64,000 bases of DNA, from the NCBI GenBank assembly GCA_010093995.1, contig ML992510.1:1272326-1336325 (forward strand), read 5' to 3'. The position numbers and the translations under genes are program-made. Positions 23,720-37,128 of this stretch are shown in pieces (the stretch's first letter is position 1; each line of letters begins with the position of its first letter). The stretch is from Elsinoe ampelina (taxonomy: Eukaryota). The notes beneath the pieces are model-generated. The model ran no database searches and had not been told where the DNA came from. It saw only the letters and a program-made list of their open reading frames with translations.

Positions 23720-25736
23720 GATTGAAAGGATGAACCGAATTCGACAGTACAAACCTACTGATATACCACAAACTGATCGGCCAGGGATCTGGGTTTCTTT
23801 ATACAGATTTCAGGCCAGATTTCCGCTCGACCACAACCGTTTTTTCATCACTGCTCATCAAAGACCACTGGAGTAGCCAAGGATGGATCCACGCCTTCAC
23901 GGGGCTTTGGGTGGACAAGCTTCCAGCCACGGTGCATCTGGGCGTGGACATGTTGTCGTCTGCCCAGCGGAAGAAGCACTTCTCCTGGGTGTGGCCAGTC
24001 CAAAACGGTGTGGGAGAAGGGCGGGAAACATGCCAGGAGTGGAACGGTCAGTTCAAATACTCTTGGCCACCGAGCTTGTCTGTACTTCGTCATTCTTGGT
24101 TCGATCACGCCATTTCAATCGCGCAACCCTCGAAGCTCAACTGCCTTCCCGCGGAAGTGCTTGCTGAGGTGGAAAGAAGTCTTGATGGAGATGAGGTATG
24201 GTATGTCTTGATGCTTATTCATGTCAAGATCAGCCTTTTTCTGTGGGAAAAGGGAAATCTCGACTGCTGTATGAGACGAGGACCTGCCAAGAGCACGTCT
24301 TCTGCGTATTGCCCGAGTCAACCATAGTATGCATACTACGCTCAGACGCCTCCAACTCATCGGGACCATCTTGGCAGCACACAAACATGAACTACAATAA
24401 TGACCAAGCTTGACGCCATCTTTCGCTGCCACTCGCGACACCATCAGCCAAAAGGGGGGCCACTGGCATTCGTTGAGTGCCCATGCATCTTGCATGCTTG
24501 TGCATCAGGCCCAAAGTGCCGCTACCAGCAGCACGCGATCGAAGTCGCCATAATCTAGAGTCGTTCAGACCCGCCGCCGTGGTTCTGGCCTTCGGATGAA
24601 CCCTACCCTCCGGCAGTCTTCGCTCTGTCCATCACAACGCACGATAGATTGGACCCCGACGAAGCTCGAGGCTACCCTGTGACCGTCCCAGGCTTAGCAT
24701 AAGTTACCCATTGAGCGGTGTGAGATCTCTGGCATCCTGCAGACACACGTGCTATGTAGAGGCGTAATCTCCACGCCTCGTGGCAGGCCAGATGCTGGAA
24801 GGTTGGCACTTCTGCCCACCAGCCTGGGCCTCGAGGCGGAGCTATCCCAGACTCCGAGTCACGAATGTTGGCTGGAACCCGTCGGTCAAGACAAGAATGT
24901 CACATTTTCCAAGAAAATTCTCGTCAGGAAGCTTGACCAAGCACGCGATCAATTTTCTTTCGCGGTCTGTTGGTCGTGTACCACCAAAGACAGGAGTATC
25001 CATGACGGCCCGTCTATGCAAAGGATGCTGGCTCATCGACAAGATCGCACTCGACCTGCGTTCGATCCCAAGCATGACAACAACGAACCAAGGACCGTGG
25101 TGGTGTGGTGGAGTCACAGCTATGTGCCACACCTCCACTTCACAAGACCAGGAAGCAGTCGAGCTTCCCGGTTTCCGTGTGTCAATCCAATAACAACATA
25201 CGCCTTCTGCCAAATCGCTGCGCTGCCAAGATCCCACGCTCGCATCATTGCACGAAGAGCTCCTGGCGAACCGGCGAAAGAAGCCCTGCATAGAGTAATC
25301 GCAGGCCGGGCTTGGGACCTTGGGACTGCGGTTAGTCATTTCTGCGTTTCCAAGGAAGGATATTTTCTTACCTAGCGGCGCTCCGACAATGTGGTCCGGG
25401 TTTGCAAGATCTGTGGAAATCTCGCTCGAGTTGGAGCTCCGCTTGGTCAGTTGGAGAGAGTCAAACAATCTACACACATGACAGCCCGCACCCCTCCTCG
25501 AAGTCCGCCTGACTGAGTCCTCAGGGATCCAAGACGCTTGGGGACTACAATTACGACCTGGCCCCCGCCGCAGCCCTGAATACCGCGTACGGCTAGTGTT
25601 CACTCTCGATGCGCAGTGGATTGTGATACATTATACGTCAAAGGAATCTACAGCGACCGAACTCCGCGAGATTGTTTCCCGGGAAGAGATGTATGCGCCA
25701 TGGCGCCATGCAGAGGTGTAGACCACACCCAGAACC

Positions 25737-27509
25737 TCAGATAGTGGTCGACTTTTGGTGAATGCTGTCCCGCTTCACATGCGGATGATCATCCACACTC
25801 TTCTTGCCCGAATTGCTGCCAATGACATAATCAGCCATTGTTTCCCCATACTCCTCAAGCAACATCATTTCATGAGTCCCAAGCTCGTCTTCCTTCATGA
25901 TCGGGTTCCCCCTCTTCATCAACGGGTCCTTACCCACATACTCCCAGAATGGTACTTGGCCGGATGGACGCTCGTCTGTGTTGAAAGCGTAGTCGTCATG
26001 GTACTTGAAGCCGTCTCGCAGTGTCCAATCCGTGAGCGGACCGTGGGTCTGAGGATGGTAGTAGGGCTTTGCGGTGCGGCCGAGGAGCATATGGAAGAGC
26101 TTAAAGCCGCCCTTGACGAGGAAGTCGCCGATCTTGCGAGGGAGACTGTCTCGTGGGTTGGATTCGAATTCGTTGCCCGAATGGTTGATACGGATGCGGA
26201 CGGATGAGTGTATTCTCTCGTTCGTGTTCCGCAGCAAACGATCTTGAGTTTCGTAATCGAAGATGGTCACCGGGTGTGTTCGACCTGGTCGACGGGTTCG
26301 GCTGCCGGCTAGGACGTGTGGGAAGGTCAGAGAGTTGTAGATGGCACCCATGGCCCAATTGCGTATCTTCTTAGCCTTGACCTCTTTAGATGCGTTGGCG
26401 GGGGCGTAGTGACGCTTCTGCCAATCGTCGTTGAGCTTCTTTTGGTCCCGGATGAAGTTGGGATCGAAGTGCAGCCAATGCTTCGGGTGCCATTTGTGGC
26501 TATTGGCCCGCTTGAGTTCGTCGCCACTCAGCTGGTCCATCATCCATGCCAGAGTGATATTGGCCTGACCGATATCTGGGTAAGCGCCTCCGATGGACGA
26601 GTGAGCACCGGCGAACCACACTTGTTTGAGGTTAGTCTGGCATCTGTCTGGCCTCTCCCAAACGCTGGGATAGAACGGAGCACGATGTTCGTCCAAAGCC
26701 AGAGCTTGGAATGCGTTCTTGACATGATTGTCGAGTGCGGTGTCGACCCACATGTACTTGTGGAGGAAAGCTGGAAGCTTAAAGATCTTCTTGACGAAAG
26801 GGCTTACTGGTACGCCCAAAGCACCGACAGTGTCGAAGACGCCGATGGCTGAAATGTCGGCCTCTTGGGTCAATTGGAGGGCGAGAAGCTTCTTGCGGTA
26901 GTCTTCGAGGTAATCATTGACATGAGCAATGTCGTTTGGATTGGAGCTGATGCCATGTGGCTGGCCACCTTGCACGTCGACGTTCCAGCGAGACCAATTG
27001 ATCCAGAACCGAGGTTTGTAGTCCGGATTGCCAGCATTCTGCCAGTCTTCGAAAATGTCGTAGAACCACTGCATGTTCTCTTTTCTGAGCAGACCGAGCT
27101 GACCAACCAGGCCACCCAAGCTGCGGGCGGTGTAGGCGCCTCGGGAGAAGCCGATCAGGAAGATGGAGTCGGTCTCATCACCGTTTCGGTCTAGTGCGCT
27201 ATCCTCCGCCTTGTGATAATTGTTTGCCAGGAAGGCATAGGCTTCTCGTACATTTTCAGAAAAGCCTAGGCCAGTACCGCCTCCAGCAACCTGGGCGAAG
27301 AGTCCAAGCCCAGTACCGATTCCAGCCTGGTAGTAGACGATTTGAGGATGGTCATGCTCATCTTCGGGCTTGATGGCTCTAGCTAAACGGGTGACATTGC
27401 TGGGTGTTCTGTTATTGCCATTGTCACTGTCCATCCACGTGCCATCGCAACAGACGATAAGCTTCTTTGCTCCTGTCCGCTTGACGTCGTGGATGATTTG
27501 GCCCGGCAT
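25737..27509 (-). CDS. DUF2235 / Tle1-like alpha/beta hydrolase
   Basis: KKLIVCCDGTW, SNVTRL, YYQAGIGT, GFSRGAYTAR, GVFDTVG, ALALDEHR and WFAGAHSSIGG. Confidence 0.9.
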   Translation of the reverse strand: MPGQIIHDVKRTGAKKLIVCCDGTWMDSDNGNNRTPSNVTRLARAIKPEDEHDHPQIVYYQAGIGTGLGLFAQVAGGGTGLGFSENVREAYAFLANNYHKAEDSALDRNGDETDSIFLIGFSRGAYTARSLGGLVGQLGLLRKENMQWFYDIFEDWQNAGNPDYKPRFWINWSRWNVDVQGGQPHGISSNPNDIAHVNDYLEDYRKKLLALQLTQEADISAIGVFDTVGALGVPVSPFVKKIFKLPAFLHKYMWVDTALDNHVKNAFQALALDEHRAPFYPSVWERPDRCQTNLKQVWFAGAHSSIGGAYPDIGQANITLAWMMDQLSGDELKRANSHKWHPKHWLHFDPNFIRDQKKLNDDWQKRHYAPANASKEVKAKKIRNWAMGAIYNSLTFPHVLAGSRTRRPGRTHPVTIFDYETQDRLLRNTNERIHSSVRIRINHSGNEFESNPRDSLPRKIGDFLVKGGFKLFHMLLGRTAKPYYHPQTHGPLTDWTLRDGFKYHDDYAFNTDERPSGQVPFWEYVGKDPLMKRGNPIMKEDELGTHEMMLLEEYGETMADYVIGSNSGKKSVDDHPHVKRDSIHQKSTTI

Positions 27510-28546
27510 GGTCAAGCTAGGTACCCGTGATCGAAGAGATCTTGGTAAGCTAGAAACGGACCGAACAATCGCGGGTGGTTCGATGCTTTTGAAGTGAACA
27601 GTGCTGGAAGGTAGAACAGCTGCAGGGGCGCGGAAACAGCATTAAAAAGGTAAATATTCGAGCAGATCAGGCAATACAAATTAGGAAAGACTGGTGCTTG
27701 AATTTAAAATGTAGCTGCGCCAACAACGCTCACCTTGCTGATGCTTTCCTTGACGCTGCGGCGTAGTCTGCGAGATGGCGGCGTGGCCGTACACTTGGGG
27801 GGGTCGATAAAGATGACGAGGTGCGTGAGACAAAGGTCAAAGGATGCAGGAGAGCAGGGATGCGCAAAATGATTGGTCTTTGCGTTCTTCTCAGCCAGCC
27901 TTACAGAGCGTTTCAAGCTGTTTTCGGCCAATGATGATCAGCAGCTAACACCGGATCTGCATCTCATCTTCCTCGATTTCTTGGGGAAATGCTGAGTGAA
28001 GAAGACAGGTCCAAATTGGGATGTCTAGTGCTGAGTCCAAGAGGAAGTGGCTCGGCAATCAGACATGCATTCCAATCATACTTCGAGGAATTATTGACAG
28101 CCAGGGTGCAGCAGAAGGAGCAGTTAGTGGCTGAGATCAGACCGACCGCCATGATTTTTGCCTGCTCCGCAAATAGAAACGCCTAGTTTGCAGCTCGGCG
28201 AAGTCCTTGGTGTGGGCGCAAGCGACACTCAGTAGTACGCGGTGAATCGCGACAAGTGCTTCGCTGATGTAGCTCGTGATGACGATCATTGTCGTAAGTC
28301 CATATTCGTTGGCCAGTCGAACGCCCTGTCCAATAATGTGGTGTTATGAGCAGAAGAACAACGACAACGAAAAGATGGGAAAAGATGGAAGGCAGTCGTA
28401 CAGTAGTATGACCGAGCTTCACCGCCTTTTGCGGCGAAAGACGACTCTGCCACGTCTCCGCCATTTTGGTGGCTGCAAAGAAATTTTGATACGCAGACCT
28501 GACAACCAAGTGTCTTTCCCACCTTGACACCGACGATTCTACCACG

Positions 28547-30860
28547 ATGAAGCGCAAGCTAGGAGCGCTCGAGAAGGTTGAGGCGGATCTACCAAATCTG
28601 CAAGCCAAAATCAGAAGAGACCCCATATCCTACAAGGACGACTTTACCAAGCAGTACCAGACCTATCGATCATTCCTCTCCCTATTCATCCAGGCGCCCA
28701 CCTCTTCGGACGAGCAGGGCATCATATCTGTCCGGGAGCATATCGACTTTGTTGCCCATGTCGCCGACTGCTACCCCGAGATCAGCGCCGAGTTCTCAAA
28801 CGACCTGATTTCACTGCTTGAGAAGCATCATGCCGTACTCGATGCCGAACTAAGAGACAAGATTGTCGGCAGTCTTGTCCTGCTCAGAAGGAAGGAGATC
28901 TTGGATTCACAAAGGTAGGTTGGCCGAGGTAGGTTTTTTCTGCTCAACTAAAACGAGTAGATTGCTCACAACTCTGCTACCGCTACTTGTCGCGACACCC
29001 AGCAAATCCCTTCGAGAACTGTTGTTCCAAAAGATCATCTCGGATCTTCGCACCGCTAATTCAAAGACTACCAATCACAAGCTCAACAAGACTATCCAGA
29101 CGGCACTTCACGACCTGGTCACTTCCGAGGGCTCATCTGCGAAAGGACTTTGGGCCGTCAAGATCACACGTGAACTATGGAGGAGACAAGTCTGGGCGGA
29201 CGCGAAAGCGGTGGAGATCATGAAGGAGGCAGCGCTGTCGCAGAACGAGAAGGTTGTCGTAGGAGGTGTCCGCTTCTTCCTTGGTGGCGATCAGGAACGC
29301 GAGGAAGCCGCCGACGATGACAGTGACGATGACGCGGGTATCGATATTTCCAAACTCAAGCACCAACATGGTATCAACAAGAAAACCAAAAAGCGAATGA
29401 CAGAACTCAAAAAGGCCGCTGGCACGGTAAAGAAGAAGGAGAAGAAGAAGAACGCACCACACCCACTCAACTTTTCAGCGCTTCACCTGCTACACGACCC
29501 GCAAGGCTTTGTCGAAAAGCTATTCCACCAGCATTTGCAGACCTCGACACCGAAAGCTCGCCTCAATCTCGAACAGCGTCTCTTGGTCTTGCAGCTGGTT
29601 TCCCGACTGATCGGGCTTCACAAGCTGATCCTCATACAATTGTACTCGTACGTCCAGAAGTATCTCACTCCGCGACAACCCAACGTAACCTCTTTCCTCG
29701 CCTCCCTCGCCCAAGCCACTCACAATCTGGTCCCTCCGGATGTTCTCGAACCGCTAGTGCAGAAGATCGCGAACGAATTCGTCTCGGAAGCCTCGGCCGG
29801 AGAAGTGGCATCCGCTGGACTGAACGCAATTCGCGAAATCTGTGTGCGTCAACCACTCGCCATGAATGATACCCTTCTCCAAGACCTGGTCACATACAAG
29901 AAGAGCAAGGACAAGGGTGTCATGATGGCGGCGAAGGGTCTTCTGAGCTTGTACAGAGAAGTCGGAGCTGATATGTTGAGAAAGCGAGACCGAGGGAAGA
30001 ATGCTACGATAGCGATGATGACGGGCGAGCGCAAGGAGCAAAGGTTCGGAGAAGTCGAGGAGGGCCAGATCGAGGGTCTGGAGCTACTTGAGAAATGGAA
30101 GGAAGAGGAACGGCGCAAACGAAGAATTGAAAAGGGCCTGGATCCGGATGTGGAGGACGACGAAGACGAAGATGCCGAAGCAGAAGGGTGGAACAACTGG
30201 GAAGCCGAAGAAGACGACAGCGACGATTCAGGAGGCTGGATCGACGTCTCTTCGGACGGCGAAGACATTGACATCAGCGACTCCGAAGACGAGCGAGAGA
30301 AGAAGACGAAGAGACAGAAGCGGGAGACACTGCATGAAGCCGAAGAAAAGGCACCAACAAGAGCTGACACGGAAGACATTGAAGCCAAGAAGCAACAGCT
30401 TTCTAAGCTCGCGACCACCAAGATCCTCACACCAGCCGACCTGGCCAAGCTGCAAGAACTCCGGTCCAGCGCTGCCGTAAGCAAAGCCATGCCCGGCAAC
30501 CGCACGCAACGTCAGAAGCCGACGGCCAACGGGACAAGCAGACATCAAGACGATCCCCTCACGGCCGCCGAGATAGAAGGATTGGCGGCACTGTCGAACA
30601 AGGCGACCAGGGAGGAGAAGATTGCTCTAGCCAAAGGTGACAAAGCCGACAGACACTCGTCGACAACGGCTATACGTAAGCAGAAGAAGGTGGATGAGGG
30701 GAAGAGTACCACGAACAAGGAGAAGGCTCGGAAGAAGAATTTCCTCATGACGCTGGGCAAGGCGAAGAGCAAGGGTAAGCGGAGTCTGGTCGAGCAGCGA
30801 AAGGTTCTCAGAGGTCATTTGGACCGGCAAAAGAGGGGAGGGAGGAGGGGTAACAAGTAA
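28547..30860 (+). CDS. SDA1: SDA1, 60S ribosome biogenesis/export protein
   Basis: DLPNLQAKIRRDP.SY, NFSALHLLHDPQGF, acidic region, ILTPADL and STTNKEKARKKNFLM. Intron 28915-28960. Confidence 0.95.
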
Positions 30861-30982
30861 TTGCTGCTAACGAATCTATATGTGCATGAGGCATTCTGAT
30901 CTATGTCCTGCTTGCTTGCTATCGGGTGAAGCGTTGAATCGTCTCCTGTCTCAGTAATATAAAGTCCTACGCCCAGGTTACC

Positions 30983-32024
30983 TCAAGTCTCTCTCAGCAA
31001 CATGCTTCTGGGATGACGCGTGTTGATAAAAGTATACTGCAACATTGTCAGTTGAATGACCTTTTTACTAGAACCTGCTCAGACGTACCTCAATAAACCT
31101 CGGGAACCCAGCAAACTTGTCACCGATCCAGTTGTGCTCGTTCCACACTGGTCTCATCCCCAGGGCCTCCAATCCGTCCCACCAGTCTAGAAAAGCTCGC
31201 ATCGTCGTTGGCATGCCAAAGGGGAGGGTGCCGTTCATGATGTGTATCTCCACCAAGAGCTGACCAATTGGTAGGACGGGCTCGTCAGTACCGTTCCAGT
31301 TCTTCTCAACGTGGCCGACAAGGCTGCCCAGAGCATCGAACTCGGCACCTTCAATGTCCATCTTCATGACATCCACAAAGTCGTGCCCGTTCGCGACCAT
31401 AAGATCCTGGACTGAGTATGCGGGTGGACTGCTCTCCTCGTTGGTCGTCTTTGCAATGGCCGCCTTTTTGAATTTTGCCCTTCCACTCTGTCGCTGGGTG
31501 ATATCGCCAGCCCACCCATTGACAGAGTAGTCGTACCCCCAGACCTTTGCATTTGTCCTGTCCATGACCCTGGCCTCGAACCCACTGTCGTCGTTGACGC
31601 CAAACGAGTATACCACAAGCTCTTCCGCTGTGTTCGTCGCCCGACTCGGACCCGGCGAATGTGTCTCATACTGGCTCATTCCGCATACCCACTTGCCTCC
31701 ATCTCCGAGGGTACCGACTCTTTCGACTTCGAAAGGACAGTTAAAGGAAGGTCGAACAAAGTCCCAGACGTTGTAGGGATAAATGAAGCCGGTGGGAAAT
31801 TCACGAGTACCCGAGGCTGCGAACATGATCTGACGGTCGAGGAGCGAGCGAGACCATAGCTTTTCGGATCGTGCTAGACGGATAGATAGATCGGAAGGTG
31901 ATGCTCTGGTTGTGTCTGGGCGTGGCCATGTTGGTCGGGAGTTGCTGACGAGCAGAGTATAGAGGAAGAAGATTGATGCTAATGAGGCGAGGATGGGGAG
32001 GATGCTGGATTTGGTGGCCAGCAT
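30983..32024 (-). CDS. Methyltransferase-domain protein (Methyltransf_22-like), N-terminally anchored
   Basis: CPFEVERVGTLGDGGKWVCG, VYSFGV, DVMKMDIEGAEF and QLLVEIH. Intron 31037-31088 leads to last exon YTFINTRHPRSMLLRET*. Confidence 0.85.
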
Positions 32025-33213
32025 TGTTGTCTACGGGGTGGGGTCAAGTCAAGAAAGGTCATGGACATTCAGAAAGATACTCTTCACCTTTGACGAGTGG
32101 CTTTGGAGAGGCCCATCTGGTTGCTCTTGCCTCATGTTTCATCTTGTCAGACTCAACACCACCGATATTATGGTTCTTACCCCGGCACTTGGACTGATCC
32201 CCTGTCAATCATGACTGAGGAAAAGTTTGGATCTTCAGCCTCGTGGTGGGCCTGATGTTGGCACCTGATTTGGAACGCTCAAACTAAGCTGCATCATCGC
32301 CTGTGGAAGGGGAGAGCATGTAGTGCGTCCCAGAATAATGCATAATTGTCGACGCAATAAAATTCGAAGGATACCAGGATGACCTGGAAGCTGAAAGAGC
32401 AGACGCCGCGTCCCTTCCTCGAAGGCGAAGGTACCTCTTGCAGTGACCAGCCTGTACATGTTGAGAGGGAGATTTTCGACTTGCACCCAAAACATAGGAT
32501 ATGGCAACAAGATGCTGACGAGGCTGGTATGAGCTTGATATGAGCTTGATGTGATGACAAGGGATAATCATGCGTGGAATACTTCTTTGGTTGAAGTCGG
32601 TGTCGGAAGAAATGCATACATAACCGAGGTCCAGACGTCGAGCATCGTCTTCGATATGTATGATGAATCAATGGCAAAAGCAACTGAGCTTCCATCTCGA
32701 TACTCGGCCTCAGCCCACAGTCTCATCGTGCACCATCAGCAGCACGAGACAGTCTGCATTTCCCGCATTCCTCAAGACAGATAGCAACATCTTGGCTCTT
32801 CGGACCCCAACGCGCCCTTGCATGGTTCTGCGGCATTCCGAACCATTGCCCTTGGTGCGAGGATGCTCCTACAATCGACACCTAAAGCGTGGATTTGACA
32901 AAACCATCCTCATCGCCGCTGCAATCGCTAGCAGACACACGTGACCAAAGACGTTGTTGTATCACGAGACGGTTTTCCATTCCTCGTTGGAACCTGCCTC
33001 TGACTCTGACGTCACTCTGTCGCGGTGGAAATGTCTCGTGCCTGACCTGACCGGTATTTCAGCTTCAAACTTCACCTTTGTCGAGGATGATATAATCCCA
33101 GCTAATTCTGGTCGCCAGACAATTTCCCCTGCACCGGAGCACTATGTATCTTGTGCTTCCTTGACGTCGTCTTGCAATCATGGGCCTGGCTCGCCCCGGC
33201 CTCCCATCCCGGA

Positions 33214-35244
33214 TGACAACCATGTCGGCTCAAAACAAGCGACAAGACAAGCTCCCGCCCATGCTCGGCCATATCCCTGCGCAGCACCTCTTCGCTGTCA
33301 TAGTCGTTGCTCTGTTGGCACTGTTCAGATGGCCGACGAGGTGGCTGATTTCTGGAGCACCTCTGTTAACCTACTCTCTACTGCTCGGATCCGCTCGAGG
33401 CTATCGAGTGCTTTCATTTGCCCCTCTATGGTCACTACTGGTCCTTGTCAATCTGGCTTACTCTGTGGTATCTACATCCTGGCTCCTCTACTGGGCCTAC
33501 ACTCTGACCTGCTATCCTGCCCTCCTTCTGGTCTGCATTTGCCAATTCGATTCAGCTGCTCGGCTCGTCCGGAGAAGACTCCGCTGGCTGCTCAATGGCT
33601 TGCAGTTCACAAATGATGTGGTGGCGCTCTTCGATTTGCCCGCTCTAGAAATCGATGTGGATGTGGAGGGCCTGATGTGCATTCGCGGCTTGACCATCTC
33701 GCTGTCTTCACTGACGGTTACTGCCTACGGAGTCGAGGTGGGAATCAAGCTCTCGGACGATTTGGAGATTGCCCTTGTTGTGGACAAGGTTATCGTTAGG
33801 CTCTTCCGAAGAATCGACATCTCTGACGTCTATGGGAATGTCAAAGGCGGGCTGTACGAGGTTAGTCGAACGCTGCTTGGCAATTGCTCTTTTGCTGATC
33901 CATGAGTAGATGACCTTTGGCAAACTTGCGAAAAAGACCCGTGATTCTGATGGTCATTCTCTCATGGTGACAGACACTTCATTACTGGCAGCAGCTGCAA
34001 ATACCGGCGACATGTCCCGGCCGGGAATGCCTCGGATGCAGACCATGACGGAACAAATGACTGGGGGTCAGACCATTGAGGTTGCATCCATCAGATCTGG
34101 TTTCGACGACATGCAGCAATTACCTGTCGATGACGAAGATGCGAAGAAGAAGGTCCGCTCTTTGCTGGACTGGATCGACCGTACCAGTGTGATAACTACC
34201 AGCCGCATAGATGTCGAGGCCATACTCAAGGATGCCACAGTCAACGATATTCGGGCCTCGATATGTAGTCAGCTTCATGACAAACCCGCCATTCCACATC
34301 CAGCTACCAAGGCCATCAGAGTGTCCACCATTAAGAAGCTTTCTTCTCCAGCAGTCCGGACCTTCCTCCACCGTCTCCCTCTACTCCTGCGTTGTCTCCT
34401 CAACCCCATCGCTTACTTTCATCCGATCTTTATCGAATCGATAACCGTCGGCGGATCCGGAAAGTTCCTGCAGCATATGCTCGACGAGAATCTCTTGAGC
34501 TCCAACACTGGCGTCAAGAACCTCAAACAGCGCATCTCGGCATGGCTTGCGGATGCCAGCTTTGTCTTCCAGATGGCAGATGTGGTCGGCCTGGCATCAG
34601 TACCCATCAACACCGACTATGATATTGTCAACAACCTGACGATCGCGGACGCCATGGCATATCGGACCTTGCCTGCTGAGGTCGATTTGGCACAGATTAT
34701 CCGTCTCGGAGGTGCCGATGCCCGCATCGCTGTGCCATCTTTCCTTTTGCCCCACCACGAGCATCTCTTGCCAGCTCGACCAACACAGGACGAGGAACAG
34801 GCAATGCAGGAAGAAGTCGAGGAGACCGATGGACTACCAAAACGTGTACAGGTCCAAAAGGATATGGAAAAGCGGATCAGGGACGAAGCCAACGTATCTT
34901 TGAGTGCACACGTACGACTCCCAGCCTGTTTCGATCAATCATTGTTAGATTTCATTGCCGCACTCGTCAAGGCGACCAAGATCGTCGAGATGGAGAAGGA
35001 CGATCCAGTAGAGAAGGAGGGAGTGTTGGCTTTTGCAAAAGGGCTAGGAGCAGATATCAAGGACAGCATGCGACGTGTTGCTGTAGACGCCGCAGCCAAC
35101 GACAGATGGATTGCCAAAATAGTCGGCAAGGTCACAAAGAGTCTCGAAACGATGCAGGGAGATGTTGGTTATAGTGGCGACATTCCCGTGCCTCTGGAAC
35201 CTTATCGCAAGCAAGCAGAGACAGCGTCAAAGTTGATGCCATGA
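33214..35244 (+). CDS. Uncharacterised membrane-anchored protein
   Basis: Hydrophobic N-terminal ORF joined in frame to the 444-aa ORF by intron 33861-33909 (GTTAGT..GCTGAT..TAG). Start codon uncertain. Confidence 0.75.
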
Positions 35245-36356
35245 ATATCTGGTAGTGCCTCCTTGTTCAATCAAGGGCTAAATAGGCTATCCAGCATTAG
35301 TTGATGGTGTGTGGTCCTAATAGCCGAACTGCCTCAAACGCCGTCCTCGGTTGGAGTTTGCTGTGCCAGGTGTATAGCAAGGCGATTCTGTGATGCTTTG
35401 TGATGCAATAGTATGCTGTTTTTGTCTGGGCCAACCCCACCACTTATATAAGGCGGCTCAGGCGTTCCAAAAATTCTACTGCAGTGGTTGAGATGGTGCA
35501 TAAAGTGTGTTTACATCAGCCTTGAGGGATGCCGCGGGGGATCTTCAAGGCTTCACTCTCAATCCACAATTGCCATGAGAACCATGCAATCCATCGATTG
35601 TGCCGATTATTCCCGCGAGACACAGTGGTCCAATCATATCACGGTCGCATATCCCTTACACTGTTGAGGATACGGGTACGCATCTGCGGGACATGCGTTT
35701 TGAGGCAGCTGAGAAACCCATCACCAGCCATGGCTTTCTGCTCACACAGGGGGACCGCAGCAACGTCGAGACATTCTCCCAAAATGCATTGAACAATCGT
35801 CGCTCACACGGCATGCCGACATGGTGGAACAGCGCCTATCACCGCAACCTGTTGGGTTCTGTCCAAGTGTAACAAGGCCACCCGTGATTTGCAGGATCTG
35901 CACGATCTGCCCACAACGCCCACGGCCAGCATGCCGACCTCAATTCTAATGGAGAACAGGACAGCAGAGCCCTACTGCGACTTCCGGTGGCAGCAATACA
36001 CTTCGCTCACGTGCTGGCTGGTTTCATACAGAATCCTGTTGCATTTGACTTTCCGTCCCAACAGCACAATGGGAGACCTGTCGAACGTGCTCTCCTCATC
36101 TCGACAGACCTCACAGTTGGATGCTATCGTGGAAGTAGGAGGCTCTCATGGAGCTTCATGCTACAGTTGTTCAAACTGTGCTTGTCAACGTCTTCTTTCC
36201 AGATGGCATGGTAAGTGGATATATAAGACGGTTAGACATCAGTGGCAACAAAATCATATCAACCAAACCAATTCAGAATAATCAACGAGCTCAACAACCT
36301 TCACAATCAATTCACTCCACAGATCATCACCCATCACGCACCAGTTCTGAACAACT

Positions 36357-36967
36357 ATGAAGTTCCAGTCCGCCACTATCCTTCTCCTCCTCGGCGCGCT
36401 TTCCCAGGGTGCATTGGCTGGTGGGTCGAAGAAGACGGATCCGACCACCGATCCGATTGGCAACCCAGCGAACGGGAACAAGCCATTGAACAACCAAGGT
36501 ACATGGAACACAGACATTCCAGTGGGAAATCCTGGACCTAAGGCGCCGGGTTTGACCAATGATGCCTTCCTGGGCGACACAAAGGGAGCAAACAAAGATG
36601 CCTTCAGCGGACCTGGCAAAGGACTCCAAGATGCATCCGACTTTACACAGAAAGGGATGGCTTTCGCTGGAGCCGCTCCTGACCTTGCTGCGGGAGGTCC
36701 TGCGCTGGCAGATCCGGTGAACAAGATCGGCGGTGCGATCCAGAACCACAGTCTCGGAAAGGTAAGCACCCTCTTGTAAAGCTGACCCCATTAGCTCCGG
36801 ACTGACAAGTATTGCAGGTGGATGATGCACTGAAGCAGAACCCCCCCAACCAAAGCAATGTGCCCCAGCCGAAGGGCGACGCAGCGTACGACTACACTAA
36901 GACTGATAAGGATTTCCAGCCTACTTCGTCGAACTGGAAGAGGCACGCCAGGCAATTCAAGGCCTAG
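36357..36967 (+). CDS. Small secreted Cys-free, Gly/Pro/Asn/Asp-rich protein
   Basis: Signal peptide MKFQSATILLLLGALSQGALA. Intron 36762-36817; exon 2 reads VDDALKQNPP...NWKRHARQFKA*. Confidence 0.8.
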
Positions 36968-37128
36968 AGTATGGCTTAATATCAGCTACATCTGATATTC
37001 TCTGCTACGGATCGGCGTTTAAATGAAGGGTCGCATTTTCGTTCGGGTTCTGCTATATTCTTGCTACAAGGCGTTTCCATAGAGGGTTACAATGAATTAT
37101 GATTCCACGGTCCAAATCCAGTTCTTCT

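Noticed and set aside
24749..25603. Overlapping 208-aa (+) and 253-aa (-) ORFs
   Set aside because: No recognisable domain and non-protein-like composition; probably intergenic or upstream regulatory DNA.
29849..30505. Minus-strand Ser-rich 218-aa ORF
   Set aside because: Antisense shadow of the acidic/Lys-rich region of SDA1.
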